Of a stretch of DNA of 29,070 bases, positions 7,943 to 16,478 are shown in pieces. Both the position numbers and the translations under genes were made by a program. The stretch lies in the IMG/VR virus record IMGVR_UViG_3300010274_000145. One strand, 5' to 3'. Within the stretch, counting starts at the first letter, position 1. Each line of letters opens with the position of its first letter. The DNA is from a virus. The notes under the pieces are model-generated. The model worked only from the letters and a program-made list of their open reading frames with translations. It searched no databases and was not told the origin of the DNA.

Positions 7943-8255
7943 AACTCACGAAAAGTTAGGCGAGCTGGTTGCAGCCGTTTATAAAAAAGTAGACTGGAAG
8001 AAACAGACTTCACTAAAAAGAAGTGCCTTAGACATCTTAACAGACCGTTTAAGAGTAGCAAGCCACGAACCAGACGTAATAAGAGCATTTGAGAAGTTAT
8101 GTGCTTCTCTGCATATCCCGAATGCTAAAGTGGACGCGGAACTCTTAACAGGACTATACTACCAAAAAGATTCCATGGAGATATTGAGAGAGCAAACTGG
8201 ATATATTGCCCTATTAGGACAGAAAAAAGCAAAGGAGCTAAAACATGAAAACTGA
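7932..8255 (+). CDS. cas11: Cas11-like small alpha-helical subunit (type IV-B)
   Basis: ~107-aa helical protein (LTDRLRVASHEPDVIRAFEKLCASL) between csf1 and csf2. Start moved to ATG 7932. Confidence 0.68.
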   Translation: MISETHEKLGELVAAVYKKVDWKKQTSLKRSALDILTDRLRVASHEPDVIRAFEKLCASLHIPNAKVDAELLTGLYYQKDSMEILREQTGYIALLGQKKAKELKHEN

Positions 8256-9090
8256 ACATATCCACGGGCATATAATCGCAATTACTCCAATCCATCACGG
8301 AGGAGATGAAAGCACAGGCGCAAGAGCTACACTTCGCAGGATGAAATACCTTGTAGACGGAAAGCGCGTGGAAATCCCGGTAATCTCTGGAAACGCGATA
8401 AGGGGAGTCCTTAGACGGCTTATAATGGCTCACATGCTTGAAACGCTAGGCTACGGGAAACGGACAGAAGAAGGAGAAGCTGACGACAGAATGAAGTCGA
8501 TGAAAGCTTATCATATGCTCTTTTCCGGGGGAACGCTTGAATCAGTCGAGGATTCCGGAGCTATTGACCTGGCACTCAGGCGAGAATTAAGAACATCATT
8601 GCCTGCGCTTTCGGTATTTGGTTCTGCAATCGGAAACCAGATGATAGAAGGGAAGATGAAATGCGGAATCGCCGTTCCTGTATGTACCGAGCTTGCAGCT
8701 TTCCAACCCGGAGAACAGGCAACGAACTCAATATATGAACTTCTCACTGACGATTTCACTACAAGAAAAGATGATCTACACGGAGAACGTGAAGAAGGAG
8801 AAGCAGCCCATCAAATGATTGTTAATTTTGAGTGCTTCGCTCCTGGCACTACATTTGTGCATAAGTTCAGCCTGCTTGATTGTACAGAGGTAGAAAGGGC
8901 CATACTTGATAAGGCCCTGCAACTGTGGACAGCTAGGCCCTACATAGGCGGGAAATCCAGTATAGGATATGGAGAAGTTAAGTTAAGCTATCTATCGGAG
9001 TATCACACTGAAGCTTATGATAGATTCCTCGTGGAGCAGGCAGATAAGATGAGAGCAACAATTGAAAAAATAGAAGGTATCCTGGGATGA
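8245..9090 (+). CDS. csf2: Type IV CRISPR Csf2 (Cas7-like RAMP backbone subunit)
   Basis: AITPIHHGG, IPVISGNAIRGVLRR, SVFGSAIGNQMIEGK and C-terminal IGGKSSIGYGEV glycine loop. Confidence 0.92.
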   Translation: MKTEHIHGHIIAITPIHHGGDESTGARATLRRMKYLVDGKRVEIPVISGNAIRGVLRRLIMAHMLETLGYGKRTEEGEADDRMKSMKAYHMLFSGGTLESVEDSGAIDLALRRELRTSLPALSVFGSAIGNQMIEGKMKCGIAVPVCTELAAFQPGEQATNSIYELLTDDFTTRKDDLHGEREEGEAAHQMIVNFECFAPGTTFVHKFSLLDCTEVERAILDKALQLWTARPYIGGKSSIGYGEVKLSYLSEYHTEAYDRFLVEQADKMRATIEKIEGILG

Positions 9091-9818
9091 ACCTTGACGA
9101 AATAGAAGAGAGATTACGGGCGTTCACCCCGAATCCCTCTGTTTTTAGGCCATTTAAGGCGGTTTTTCACATGAGTACGCCTATATCATTAGCCCATCCC
9201 TGGATTAACGGTGATGCTCTTATATCTGTCCCTTTGTTAAGAAGCCTTCTAGGAGAAGATTATTACACGCTTCCTACAAAGATGCCTATCCCAATGGATG
9301 AGCTTCTTAAACTGCCTCTAAAACGTTCACATGGGGTTTATCACGCGTCGGCTTCGATATTTGATACTGATAAACTCTTTTTAAATACTTTTTACAAGAG
9401 ATTTGATACTGAGAACGTTGACTCCTATGTAAAATCTAAGAAAAATAAGATTCAACGAGGGCAGGGATTTTTTAAGGATTGTATGGTCAGGTCGCCCTAT
9501 AAACCATGCAAGGAAGTTACATTTTATTTTAATGGAGATCTTGCTCTATGTAAAAAGCTTCTTGAGGCAGTCCCGGCACTTGGCAAGGATCGAGCGAAAG
9601 GGTACGGCATAATAAACCGGGTTGAAGTTACAGCAGAAGCCACAGATAAAAGCCTGTTTGATGGTGATATTTGTATGCGTCCGATACCATTTAAGGCGAT
9701 TCAGTATAGAGGGATTCCTGAACATACCATGCAGCTAACTTATAAGATTCCTTATTGGGCAAGGAATAAGGCGACTATGTGTTGTGTGCCGGGGGCTAAG
9801 ATTCTTTTTTCTAATTAA
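9087..9818 (+). CDS. csf3: Type IV CRISPR Csf3 (Cas5-like RAMP)
   Basis: FKAVFHMSTPI...GDALI, LPL...YHASA, FYKRFD, VTFYFNGD...LGKDRAKGYGII glycine loop, RPIP. Follows csf2. Confidence 0.88.
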   Translation: MNLDEIEERLRAFTPNPSVFRPFKAVFHMSTPISLAHPWINGDALISVPLLRSLLGEDYYTLPTKMPIPMDELLKLPLKRSHGVYHASASIFDTDKLFLNTFYKRFDTENVDSYVKSKKNKIQRGQGFFKDCMVRSPYKPCKEVTFYFNGDLALCKKLLEAVPALGKDRAKGYGIINRVEVTAEATDKSLFDGDICMRPIPFKAIQYRGIPEHTMQLTYKIPYWARNKATMCCVPGAKILFSN

Positions 9819-9845
9819 TTTCCTTTTTTCTAGTATCGATACCTA

Positions 9846-9885
9846 TATATATGATAGTACACATACTAGTATATATGATAGTACA
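9846..9885 (+). promoter_or_regulatory. 16-bp direct repeat TATATATGATAGTACA overlapping the promoter/start of the second insert operon
   Basis: Copies at 9846-9861 and 9870-9885; the second contains ATG 9875. Preceded by an oligo-T tract after csf3. Confidence 0.55.
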
Positions 9886-10039
9886 AGAAAATTCTAGCAC
9901 AGGTGCTTTAGTTATCACTATACCGAAGGCTATCGCGAAAGCCAAAAAAATAAAAAAAGGAACCAAAGCTGAATGGGTACTGGATGATAACGGTAAGCTG
10001 TTTTTAGAGGTAGATAAACGTGAAACAAACAACGCTTGA
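9875..10039 (+). CDS. AbrB/MazE/SpoVT-family DNA-binding protein
   Basis: SSTGALVITIPKAIAKAKKIKKGTKAEWVLDDNGKLFLEV is the swapped-hairpin signature. Confidence 0.85.
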   Translation: MIVQENSSTGALVITIPKAIAKAKKIKKGTKAEWVLDDNGKLFLEVDKRETNNA

Positions 10040-10676
10040 AGATATACAACCTTCCTTAATAGACCGGATAAAAGCAATAGCTCAAGAGGCTTCGAACCTT
10101 CCATTAGAAGAGAAGGTCAATTTCCTGAACGAAGCCCGCCGGATATTACACGAAATAAGCCCTTTCTCATTCGAGCCTATAGATTTCGTTGAATGGGTCC
10201 CGGCTGAAACCTTAAAGGCTAACGGCTGGAATCCTAACCACATGGCAGACAATGAAAGAAAAATGTTAGTCGGTTCCATGAGAAAATACGGCATGTCTCA
10301 GGCAATTGTTTCAATGAAAGAAGGTAGGATAATAGACGGCTGGCATAGGAATTACACCGGAAGTACTGACCCTGTATTATCTGAGAGGATGTATCATTAT
10401 CTTCCTAGAGTCTGCATAGAAGGCGACGAAGCTGACCAGAGAGAAGCTACCTTACTTTTCAATGAAACAAAAGGCAAGCACTACGTAGAGAAGGAAGGAC
10501 AGGTTATCAGGGAACTGGTAGAACTTGGACGGGCAGACGAAGAACTATCAAAGAACCTGGGGAAATCATCTGAAGAACTTGTAAGGCTAAAACAGATAAC
10601 CGGGATAGCTGCAAGATTCGCAAATAAAGAATATAGTAAAGCATGGGGTGAACTTGATGAAATGGAAATACGGTGA
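10020..10676 (+). CDS. ParB/Srx-domain protein, IbrB-like
   Basis: WVPAETLKANGWNPNHM...LVGSMRKYGMSQAIV...IIDGWHR...ATLLFNETKGKH. Confidence 0.88.
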   Translation: MKQTTLEDIQPSLIDRIKAIAQEASNLPLEEKVNFLNEARRILHEISPFSFEPIDFVEWVPAETLKANGWNPNHMADNERKMLVGSMRKYGMSQAIVSMKEGRIIDGWHRNYTGSTDPVLSERMYHYLPRVCIEGDEADQREATLLFNETKGKHYVEKEGQVIRELVELGRADEELSKNLGKSSEELVRLKQITGIAARFANKEYSKAWGELDEMEIR

Positions 10677-11304
10677 TTCATGGGAGAAATACCCGATAGA
10701 AGAGGGTGAAATCTGGCAAGAGCCATTCAGTCAGTCAAGAATAGCAGTTGCAGACCTCAGAAATGATTTACCTTTCGAGATCGAAGCCGAAATGGTCTAT
10801 ATGGATTCTCCCTGGAACAAAGGGAACGTGAATTCATTTATCACGAAGGCAGGGATGAACAGTTACATAGATTCATTTGAAAGTTTTATGGATTGTCTTT
10901 TCGATAAAATTAAACATATTGGGCCTGAAGTATGTTATCTTGAAATCGGAAAGCAACATAAGCAGGATTTCATAGGCAGATTAAACCAACTTTTCCCCAT
11001 CGTGCAGGACTGGCAGATCACATATTATAAGAAAAATCCGTGTTACCTCCTCCGAGCAGGTGAAAACGTTTTAGAGCAAGACTTTACAGGACTTGACGAC
11101 GAAGTAACACCTTACAGGGCAATAATGTTTGAACAGCCCGGAAGTGTTGCAGACCTTTGTACTGGAAGAGGGCTTACACTTCTCGCAGCTCATAAATTCG
11201 GTGCTAAATTCTATGGAACAGAACTTAATAAAAGAAGATTGGCAGTAGCAATAGACCGAGCAGCAAAGGCAGGTGTTTTCTATGAAAAGTGTAACCTTCA
11301 CTAA
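10657..11304 (+). CDS. SAM-dependent methyltransferase-like protein (amino-MTase beta-type motif order)
   Basis: MVYMDSPWN (motif IV-like, DSPW rather than DPPW) precedes VADLCTGRG (motif I) and FYGTELN. Start ATG 10657 after GGGGTG. Confidence 0.72.
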   Translation: MKWKYGDSWEKYPIEEGEIWQEPFSQSRIAVADLRNDLPFEIEAEMVYMDSPWNKGNVNSFITKAGMNSYIDSFESFMDCLFDKIKHIGPEVCYLEIGKQHKQDFIGRLNQLFPIVQDWQITYYKKNPCYLLRAGENVLEQDFTGLDDEVTPYRAIMFEQPGSVADLCTGRGLTLLAAHKFGAKFYGTELNKRRLAVAIDRAAKAGVFYEKCNLH

Positions 11305-12076
11305 ACATCCAGAGAACTTAGTCTTTGATCTTGAAAGGTCCGCGTGTGTCTACCATAAACAGTATGCAAAGAAGTTACCAAAAATACCAGACTGTGAATT
11401 TATAGAGTTTGAAAAGTTGTGCCAAACCTTCCAAACTCAGGATTACTTCTCTGGGAAAACAGCTGTCGTTTTCGTAGGTCTTAACAAGATGTTCACGACT
11501 TCAACTCGCTTTCATCCAGTCTGGGACCTGCTACAATATAATATGCCTGCTGGAATACAAAAATATTGTGTTGATATCGCTCCATACATGGGCCCACTCT
11601 GGAGGATCTGGCCGCACTTCAACTTGGCAGGAATCCAGACAGGAGAGTACACTTATAGTTACCTCCTGGAATCACATTATAACGCTTTTCTCGAAGGAGT
11701 ACGGACAGAAAACCCTCTATCAATTGAAAATATCAAAGAATGGGCTGCTGGAAATGTGCAGATTGACTATGATAAGTATTTCTCAGAGCCAGAAATAAAA
11801 ATTATAGAAATGTCTGCCGATGTTCACGAAGGATACCAAACTCTAAAAGCTGACCTATTTGAAACGTATGACAGCATCCAGCCAATATTAAAACAGTTGA
11901 CTGCCTACGCAAAAGAACACTGTAAAGAACGGAAAATACCGCAGGAATTCAAGATCTTTGAAACTCCCGAGAATGTCCAGATAATCAGAACAGACCTAAA
12001 AATAGATGAATATCTTACCGGTAAGTTAGTTACCAAAATGGAAGAGGTCAATAACATCGTGGAGGCCTTACAGTGA
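11282..12076 (+). CDS. Hypothetical protein (possible degenerate SF2/SNF2 ATPase lobe)
   Basis: ORF coupled on both sides, GCAGGTG RBS. Only a weak fold resemblance. Confidence 0.7.
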   Translation: MKSVTFTKHPENLVFDLERSACVYHKQYAKKLPKIPDCEFIEFEKLCQTFQTQDYFSGKTAVVFVGLNKMFTTSTRFHPVWDLLQYNMPAGIQKYCVDIAPYMGPLWRIWPHFNLAGIQTGEYTYSYLLESHYNAFLEGVRTENPLSIENIKEWAAGNVQIDYDKYFSEPEIKIIEMSADVHEGYQTLKADLFETYDSIQPILKQLTAYAKEHCKERKIPQEFKIFETPENVQIIRTDLKIDEYLTGKLVTKMEEVNNIVEALQ

Positions 12077-13155
12077 TTAGATATTGGGATATCTCCGTTT
12101 TAGAAGCTGCAAGACTCCGTATAGCAAAGGTATTTGACGAGTTCGAGAATATCTTTGTTTCAGTATCTTCTGGCAAGGACTCAACAGTTCTTTATCATCT
12201 CTGTTTAGAGGAAGCTCAGAAGAGAGGCAGGAAGATTAAGTTATTTTTCCTCGATCAAGAAGCAGAATACGAAGGGACCGTTCAGATAATGCGGGAAATG
12301 ATGAAGCACCCGCTTGTAGAACCTTATTGGTTTCAGGTTCCTATCCGAATGACCAATGCGACATCATACGATCAGCCTTTCTTATACGCATGGGGTCCGG
12401 GTGAAGAATGGTTAAGACCTAAAGAAGAAATCGCTATAAAAGAAATCAAAGAGGACTATCCAAAAAGATTCTATGACTTCTTTGATTGGTTCGAGCAGCA
12501 GCAGACCGAGAAAACAGCTTTCTTCGTAGGGCTTCGCTCTAAGGAGTCTATGAACAGGTTTAGGGCCGTCACGAAAAACCCTGGATATGACGGGATTCCG
12601 TGGAGTACAAAGACGAAAAATGAAAAGTGTTTCAGGTTCTATCCTATCTATGATTGGACATTCGGTGACATCTGGAAGTACATAGCAGACAACGAGATCC
12701 CGTACAATCCAGTGTATGATAAAATGTACTGTCTGAAAGGGAAAAGCGTAAACGGTATCAGGATATCAAACCTGATCCACGAGAAATCCTTTGCTTGCCT
12801 GTCCGAGCTTCAGGAGATCGAGCCGGAAACTTATGAAAAGTTGTGTAACAGGCTTAAAGGGATTCATGCAGCCGCGAAGTATGCTAGGGAATCAATGATG
12901 TATCAGGCTGAAGAGCTACCAGGAGCTTTTCAATCATGGAAGGATTACAGGGATTACCTGATAGAGTCCTCACCTATGGAAGAAGCTCACAGGGAACGAC
13001 TTAAAAAGAGGTTCTCGAAACAACCAGATGTAGACTCGATTCACCGCCAGCAATGCAGACAGGTACTTTTATGCGACTACGAAAACAACCTGCCTGTTAA
13101 TACGCAGGCTATGAAGAAGGAAGAATTACGGGCTAAATGGTGGAATGTCCTGTGA
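12073..13155 (+). CDS. PAPS-reductase-family (PP-loop) protein, IbrA/YbdN-like
   Basis: SVSSGKDS PP-loop, FLDQEAEY, FVGLRSKESMNR, YPIYDWTFGDIWKYI, YNPVYD, RISNLIH. Confidence 0.9.
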   Translation: MIRYWDISVLEAARLRIAKVFDEFENIFVSVSSGKDSTVLYHLCLEEAQKRGRKIKLFFLDQEAEYEGTVQIMREMMKHPLVEPYWFQVPIRMTNATSYDQPFLYAWGPGEEWLRPKEEIAIKEIKEDYPKRFYDFFDWFEQQQTEKTAFFVGLRSKESMNRFRAVTKNPGYDGIPWSTKTKNEKCFRFYPIYDWTFGDIWKYIADNEIPYNPVYDKMYCLKGKSVNGIRISNLIHEKSFACLSELQEIEPETYEKLCNRLKGIHAAAKYARESMMYQAEELPGAFQSWKDYRDYLIESSPMEEAHRERLKKRFSKQPDVDSIHRQQCRQVLLCDYENNLPVNTQAMKKEELRAKWWNVL

Positions 13156-13829
13156 AACAAACGAACTTACAAACCTTCGGGAAGCCTCCACTCCCACGAG
13201 GTTACTCTCCTTCCCACATTCTCACGTATCGAAGATGTGAATATAAATTCCTGTTGGCATTTATTTATAAAGTCAAAGTGGAAACTAAATTTCAGCCACT
13301 ATTAACAGGGTCTTCGATACATGAAGACATTTCAAAGGGCATTTTTACATCCGAAGCCCCAGAAAGACAAAAAATGTTAAATGTTGCACAGGAATTCCTT
13401 TCAGAAATGCCGGCAAATCCGATATTTGAAACGACTTACGAAGACCCAAATAACCCAGGAATATTCAGAGGGATGATTTTTGGAAAACCGTTCATAGGAA
13501 TATTTGATGCTCATTGGGTCGAAGAAAGACAGGGCGTAGACTGGAAAGCAAGCAAGCATAACGAAAAATACGACAGTGATTATGAGATTCAGGCGTACAT
13601 TCTGAATGAATTATTCAAGCAGAAGTACAAACACAACTTGAGGAAGTTCACATTTGTTTTTCTGAAGGATGGTTTCAGATATGAAGCCCAGTCTATATAC
13701 AATGGAGCAGTACGAAACAGGACTGAAAAAAAGATTAAAAGTGCTCTAGATGGCATCAGTAATTACGAGTTCAAAAAGAAAAGATCATACGCTTGCCAAT
13801 GGTGTGAGTGCAAGGGGCTTTGTATATGA
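13152..13829 (+). CDS. Cas4/AddB-like PD-(D/E)XK nuclease with putative Fe-S cluster
   Basis: YSPSHILTYRRCEYKF, GSSIH, GIFDA...VDWKAS, QAY, and C-terminal CQWCECKGLC (1+3 Cys). The GTG start overlaps the upstream TGA. Confidence 0.85.
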   Translation: MKQTNLQTFGKPPLPRGYSPSHILTYRRCEYKFLLAFIYKVKVETKFQPLLTGSSIHEDISKGIFTSEAPERQKMLNVAQEFLSEMPANPIFETTYEDPNNPGIFRGMIFGKPFIGIFDAHWVEERQGVDWKASKHNEKYDSDYEIQAYILNELFKQKYKHNLRKFTFVFLKDGFRYEAQSIYNGAVRNRTEKKIKSALDGISNYEFKKKRSYACQWCECKGLCI

Positions 13830-13951
13830 CTGAGGAAGGGCCGTGTTTCCGATGCGGAGAATTGACCGATTTTCACAGCTACCAATCGGAGAGGGGCGAA
13901 ACTAAAACATATTATTGCTGCGAAAAATGCGAAGACGAGCTGAGAAAATGA
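13826..13951 (+). CDS. 41-aa zinc-ribbon microprotein (not in ORF track)
   Basis: MTEEGPCFRCGELTDFHSYQSERGETKTYYCCEKCEDELRK with CxxC...CxxC. ATGA overlaps at both ends (13826-13829 and 13948-13951). Confidence 0.75.
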   Translation: MTEEGPCFRCGELTDFHSYQSERGETKTYYCCEKCEDELRK

Positions 13952-14643
13952 ATCCAATAGATAAAGAAATGTACCTGATGTACGCAGAAACAGACGAATA
14001 CCAAGAAGCCGTAAGGCAACTTGAGGAGAACGTTTCTAAGGCGTTTTCTGAGTACTCTAATCCTTACGTTGCCTATTCAGGAGGGAAGGACTCTCTTGTA
14101 ATGTCTCATGCAGTCTTGCAGGAAAACATAGACACTTTAATTTTTCATTGGGATTATGGGCCGTATTACATGCCTAGAGAACTGGAAAAAGAAGTAATTG
14201 ATATGGCGTATAAGATCGGAGCTAAGAACATTAGAGTAGATAGTACAGAAGTATATAAGCAGAAAAAGAGAGAGGCTATAAGTGTTTTAGGCAGGATGCT
14301 CTATGGTAGAGTACTACCAGGTTTGAAAGCAGAAGGTTACGATTTATCCTTTGTTGGACTTCGAGCTCAGGAAGGATGTAAACGAGCTAAACGGGTATCA
14401 GACTTATTTGAAAATGATTCAGTACTGCCTAATTGTTTTCCAGTCCGTCATATGAAAGCGAGAGACATTTGGGCTTATATAGTCAGCAATGATTTACCTT
14501 ACTGCTCTCATTATGACAGGTACGCTTCACTTATTGGATACGAAGAAGTAAGATTCTGTACTTTCTTTGATAAAGAGTTTGATAAGTACGGGAATTCTAA
14601 TTTAGATGGCGTTTTAATGACTCAATTTAAAAATGTTTTTTAA
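13948..14643 (+). CDS. CysH-like PAPS-reductase-family protein (type IV-B-associated type)
   Basis: YVAYSGGKDS, FVGLRAQEGCKR, FPVRHMKARDIWAYIVSNDLPY. No C-terminal ECG motif. Start moved to ATG 13948. Confidence 0.88.
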   Translation: MNPIDKEMYLMYAETDEYQEAVRQLEENVSKAFSEYSNPYVAYSGGKDSLVMSHAVLQENIDTLIFHWDYGPYYMPRELEKEVIDMAYKIGAKNIRVDSTEVYKQKKREAISVLGRMLYGRVLPGLKAEGYDLSFVGLRAQEGCKRAKRVSDLFENDSVLPNCFPVRHMKARDIWAYIVSNDLPYCSHYDRYASLIGYEEVRFCTFFDKEFDKYGNSNLDGVLMTQFKNVF

Positions 14644-14679
14644 TTTTCTTTTATAACTATTTTTAAACTTCTTTCCTGT

Positions 14680-16476
14680 ATGCCTTTCCCTAATTTCATA
14701 TTTTCAGCTTCCCCAACTCCACAAAATGACCCCCAAACAACTACCGTAGGCGCAAGCGTAGCAGCCGAACGCGAACAATTTACCTATCATTCCGACATCT
14801 TAAAATGGATCTCAGAAACCAAACACAAACTCCCAAAAGCAACCCCTTCACTCCGAAAAGAAGCATTCCTAGCCGACCCCATGATAAGCGGGACTATTTA
14901 TCCATACCTAAAAAACGTACTTCTCAAAGACTATAAAATTATCACAAGCGATAATAAACTCTATTCAGAAGCAATTGAAGAAATTACCGACTATCTCGAA
15001 AGTCTTAAAATAATGAAAGTCTTCCGAGAGGACTTTCTGGACTATGCCTTTTTAGTTGGTCACTCATATAGGAGAGCTGACCCAGATAAACAGGGAAATA
15101 TTGCAAGTCTCGGACGGCTGGACCCGGCAAGTATGGAAGTGTACGAAGATCCCTGGGACAGTTCGATTATCGCATACCACCAGAAAGCCCAGGTCAAAAC
15201 GTCATGGTCACAGATGAGTACAACGATAGACGTCGATAGTTGGTTTATCCCATTCGGCGCAGATATCCCGAATATTTATGATACATGGGTCCAGGACAGG
15301 GAAACCGGAAACAATTCGAAAGTCTATGATCTGTTCGAGACTTATAAAACAAAATATTCAATAAGTGACATTAACAACCTGAGAATAGGCTCATCTGAGC
15401 GTATTTTTGCAATGCATAACACAGATGTTAAATATACTCAAACTTCAGATGATGATTACAGGGAAACTTATAATCCTGCACCTATTGATTCCGTACTACT
15501 TGCGGTCTGGCTTAAGAGACTTCTATTAGTCAACAGTCCAAATTTAATTTATGTTGTTCTCAGTCCTTTCCTTCATTTGATTTCCGGAGTTCTAAAAGAA
15601 TCAAAAGATGCTCTAGGGAACCCTGTAATTATTACATCAAATCCCAGGAAACCGTCTTCAGCATTGCAAACCGATAATCCGGCTCAGTATGCTGCAGAAT
15701 TAGCGAACTTTGAAGCCTGGGTCGCTGCCATGAAAGACGCTTCCAAAGGACTTATCCAGAGTCTTAAGGATGGCGGAGTTTTCGCTTCAGGCCCGGATCT
15801 GCAAATAAAACCCGTCGAATCTTCAAGAACTGTATCTTTCCAGCTTATCCAAGGCCTTATAGCAAATTTGAATGAAGAGATTTGTTTAGGGTTCGGGCTA
15901 CCAATTGCCTTAATTTCTGCAAAAGGTACGGAGCTGGCTTCTTCACGAAATATAGTCCAGGTATTCAATAATATTCAAGCAGGCAAACGTACAGATTATG
16001 AAGCTCTTGCAGACGACTTAATTAAAAAACAGTTTGCCGGTAAAAAATGGACTGTCAAAACTGAAGAAGGAACTGTAACATATTCATTTGAAGATATCAA
16101 AGCTCATTTCATCTTGGAAACTCCTGATACGAAAAACCTCAAGGAAGAAGCTGAAACTCTCAAACTCAAAGCCGAAACACTCGTACAGGTCAAGGCTCTA
16201 GGAGGCTCTCAGGCAGACGTACAGGCTCTAGGAGATGAGTACGGCTTCGGGCTATTAGGATTGGACAACTACGAGGCTGCTATTGAGCCACAGACAGCAA
16301 CACAGGTTAATGCAATTTTGAAAGCTTGTCTATTAAGTGTCATGGAGGAGCAGGGGTTAATTTCTGCTTCTCCGACTGCGCCGAGCGGATTTGATGAAAA
16401 AAAGGTAACTAAGAGGCTGAAAGAGGCTTACGAGACTGCAAAAGAAACGATGGACGAACTTTTTGAGGAGCATTAA
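14680..16476 (+). CDS. Phage portal protein (probable)
   Basis: 598-aa protein in the portal slot: after terL (ignoring the insert) and before MuF. Mixed alpha/beta. Assignment is mainly positional. Confidence 0.7.
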   Translation: MPFPNFIFSASPTPQNDPQTTTVGASVAAEREQFTYHSDILKWISETKHKLPKATPSLRKEAFLADPMISGTIYPYLKNVLLKDYKIITSDNKLYSEAIEEITDYLESLKIMKVFREDFLDYAFLVGHSYRRADPDKQGNIASLGRLDPASMEVYEDPWDSSIIAYHQKAQVKTSWSQMSTTIDVDSWFIPFGADIPNIYDTWVQDRETGNNSKVYDLFETYKTKYSISDINNLRIGSSERIFAMHNTDVKYTQTSDDDYRETYNPAPIDSVLLAVWLKRLLLVNSPNLIYVVLSPFLHLISGVLKESKDALGNPVIITSNPRKPSSALQTDNPAQYAAELANFEAWVAAMKDASKGLIQSLKDGGVFASGPDLQIKPVESSRTVSFQLIQGLIANLNEEICLGFGLPIALISAKGTELASSRNIVQVFNNIQAGKRTDYEALADDLIKKQFAGKKWTVKTEEGTVTYSFEDIKAHFILETPDTKNLKEEAETLKLKAETLVQVKALGGSQADVQALGDEYGFGLLGLDNYEAAIEPQTATQVNAILKACLLSVMEEQGLISASPTAPSGFDEKKVTKRLKEAYETAKETMDELFEEH

Positions 16477-16478
16477 TA

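Noticed and set aside
13948-14643. Genuine sulfate-assimilation CysH as an auxiliary metabolic gene
   Set aside because: No C-terminal ECG catalytic motif, no CC...CxxC cluster motif and no other cys genes. The context points to the type IV-B-associated family, so no gene symbol was assigned.
7081-14679. CRISPR array or cas6 within or next to the csf operon
   Set aside because: No regularly spaced repeats and no second RAMP gene with Cas6 features were seen.
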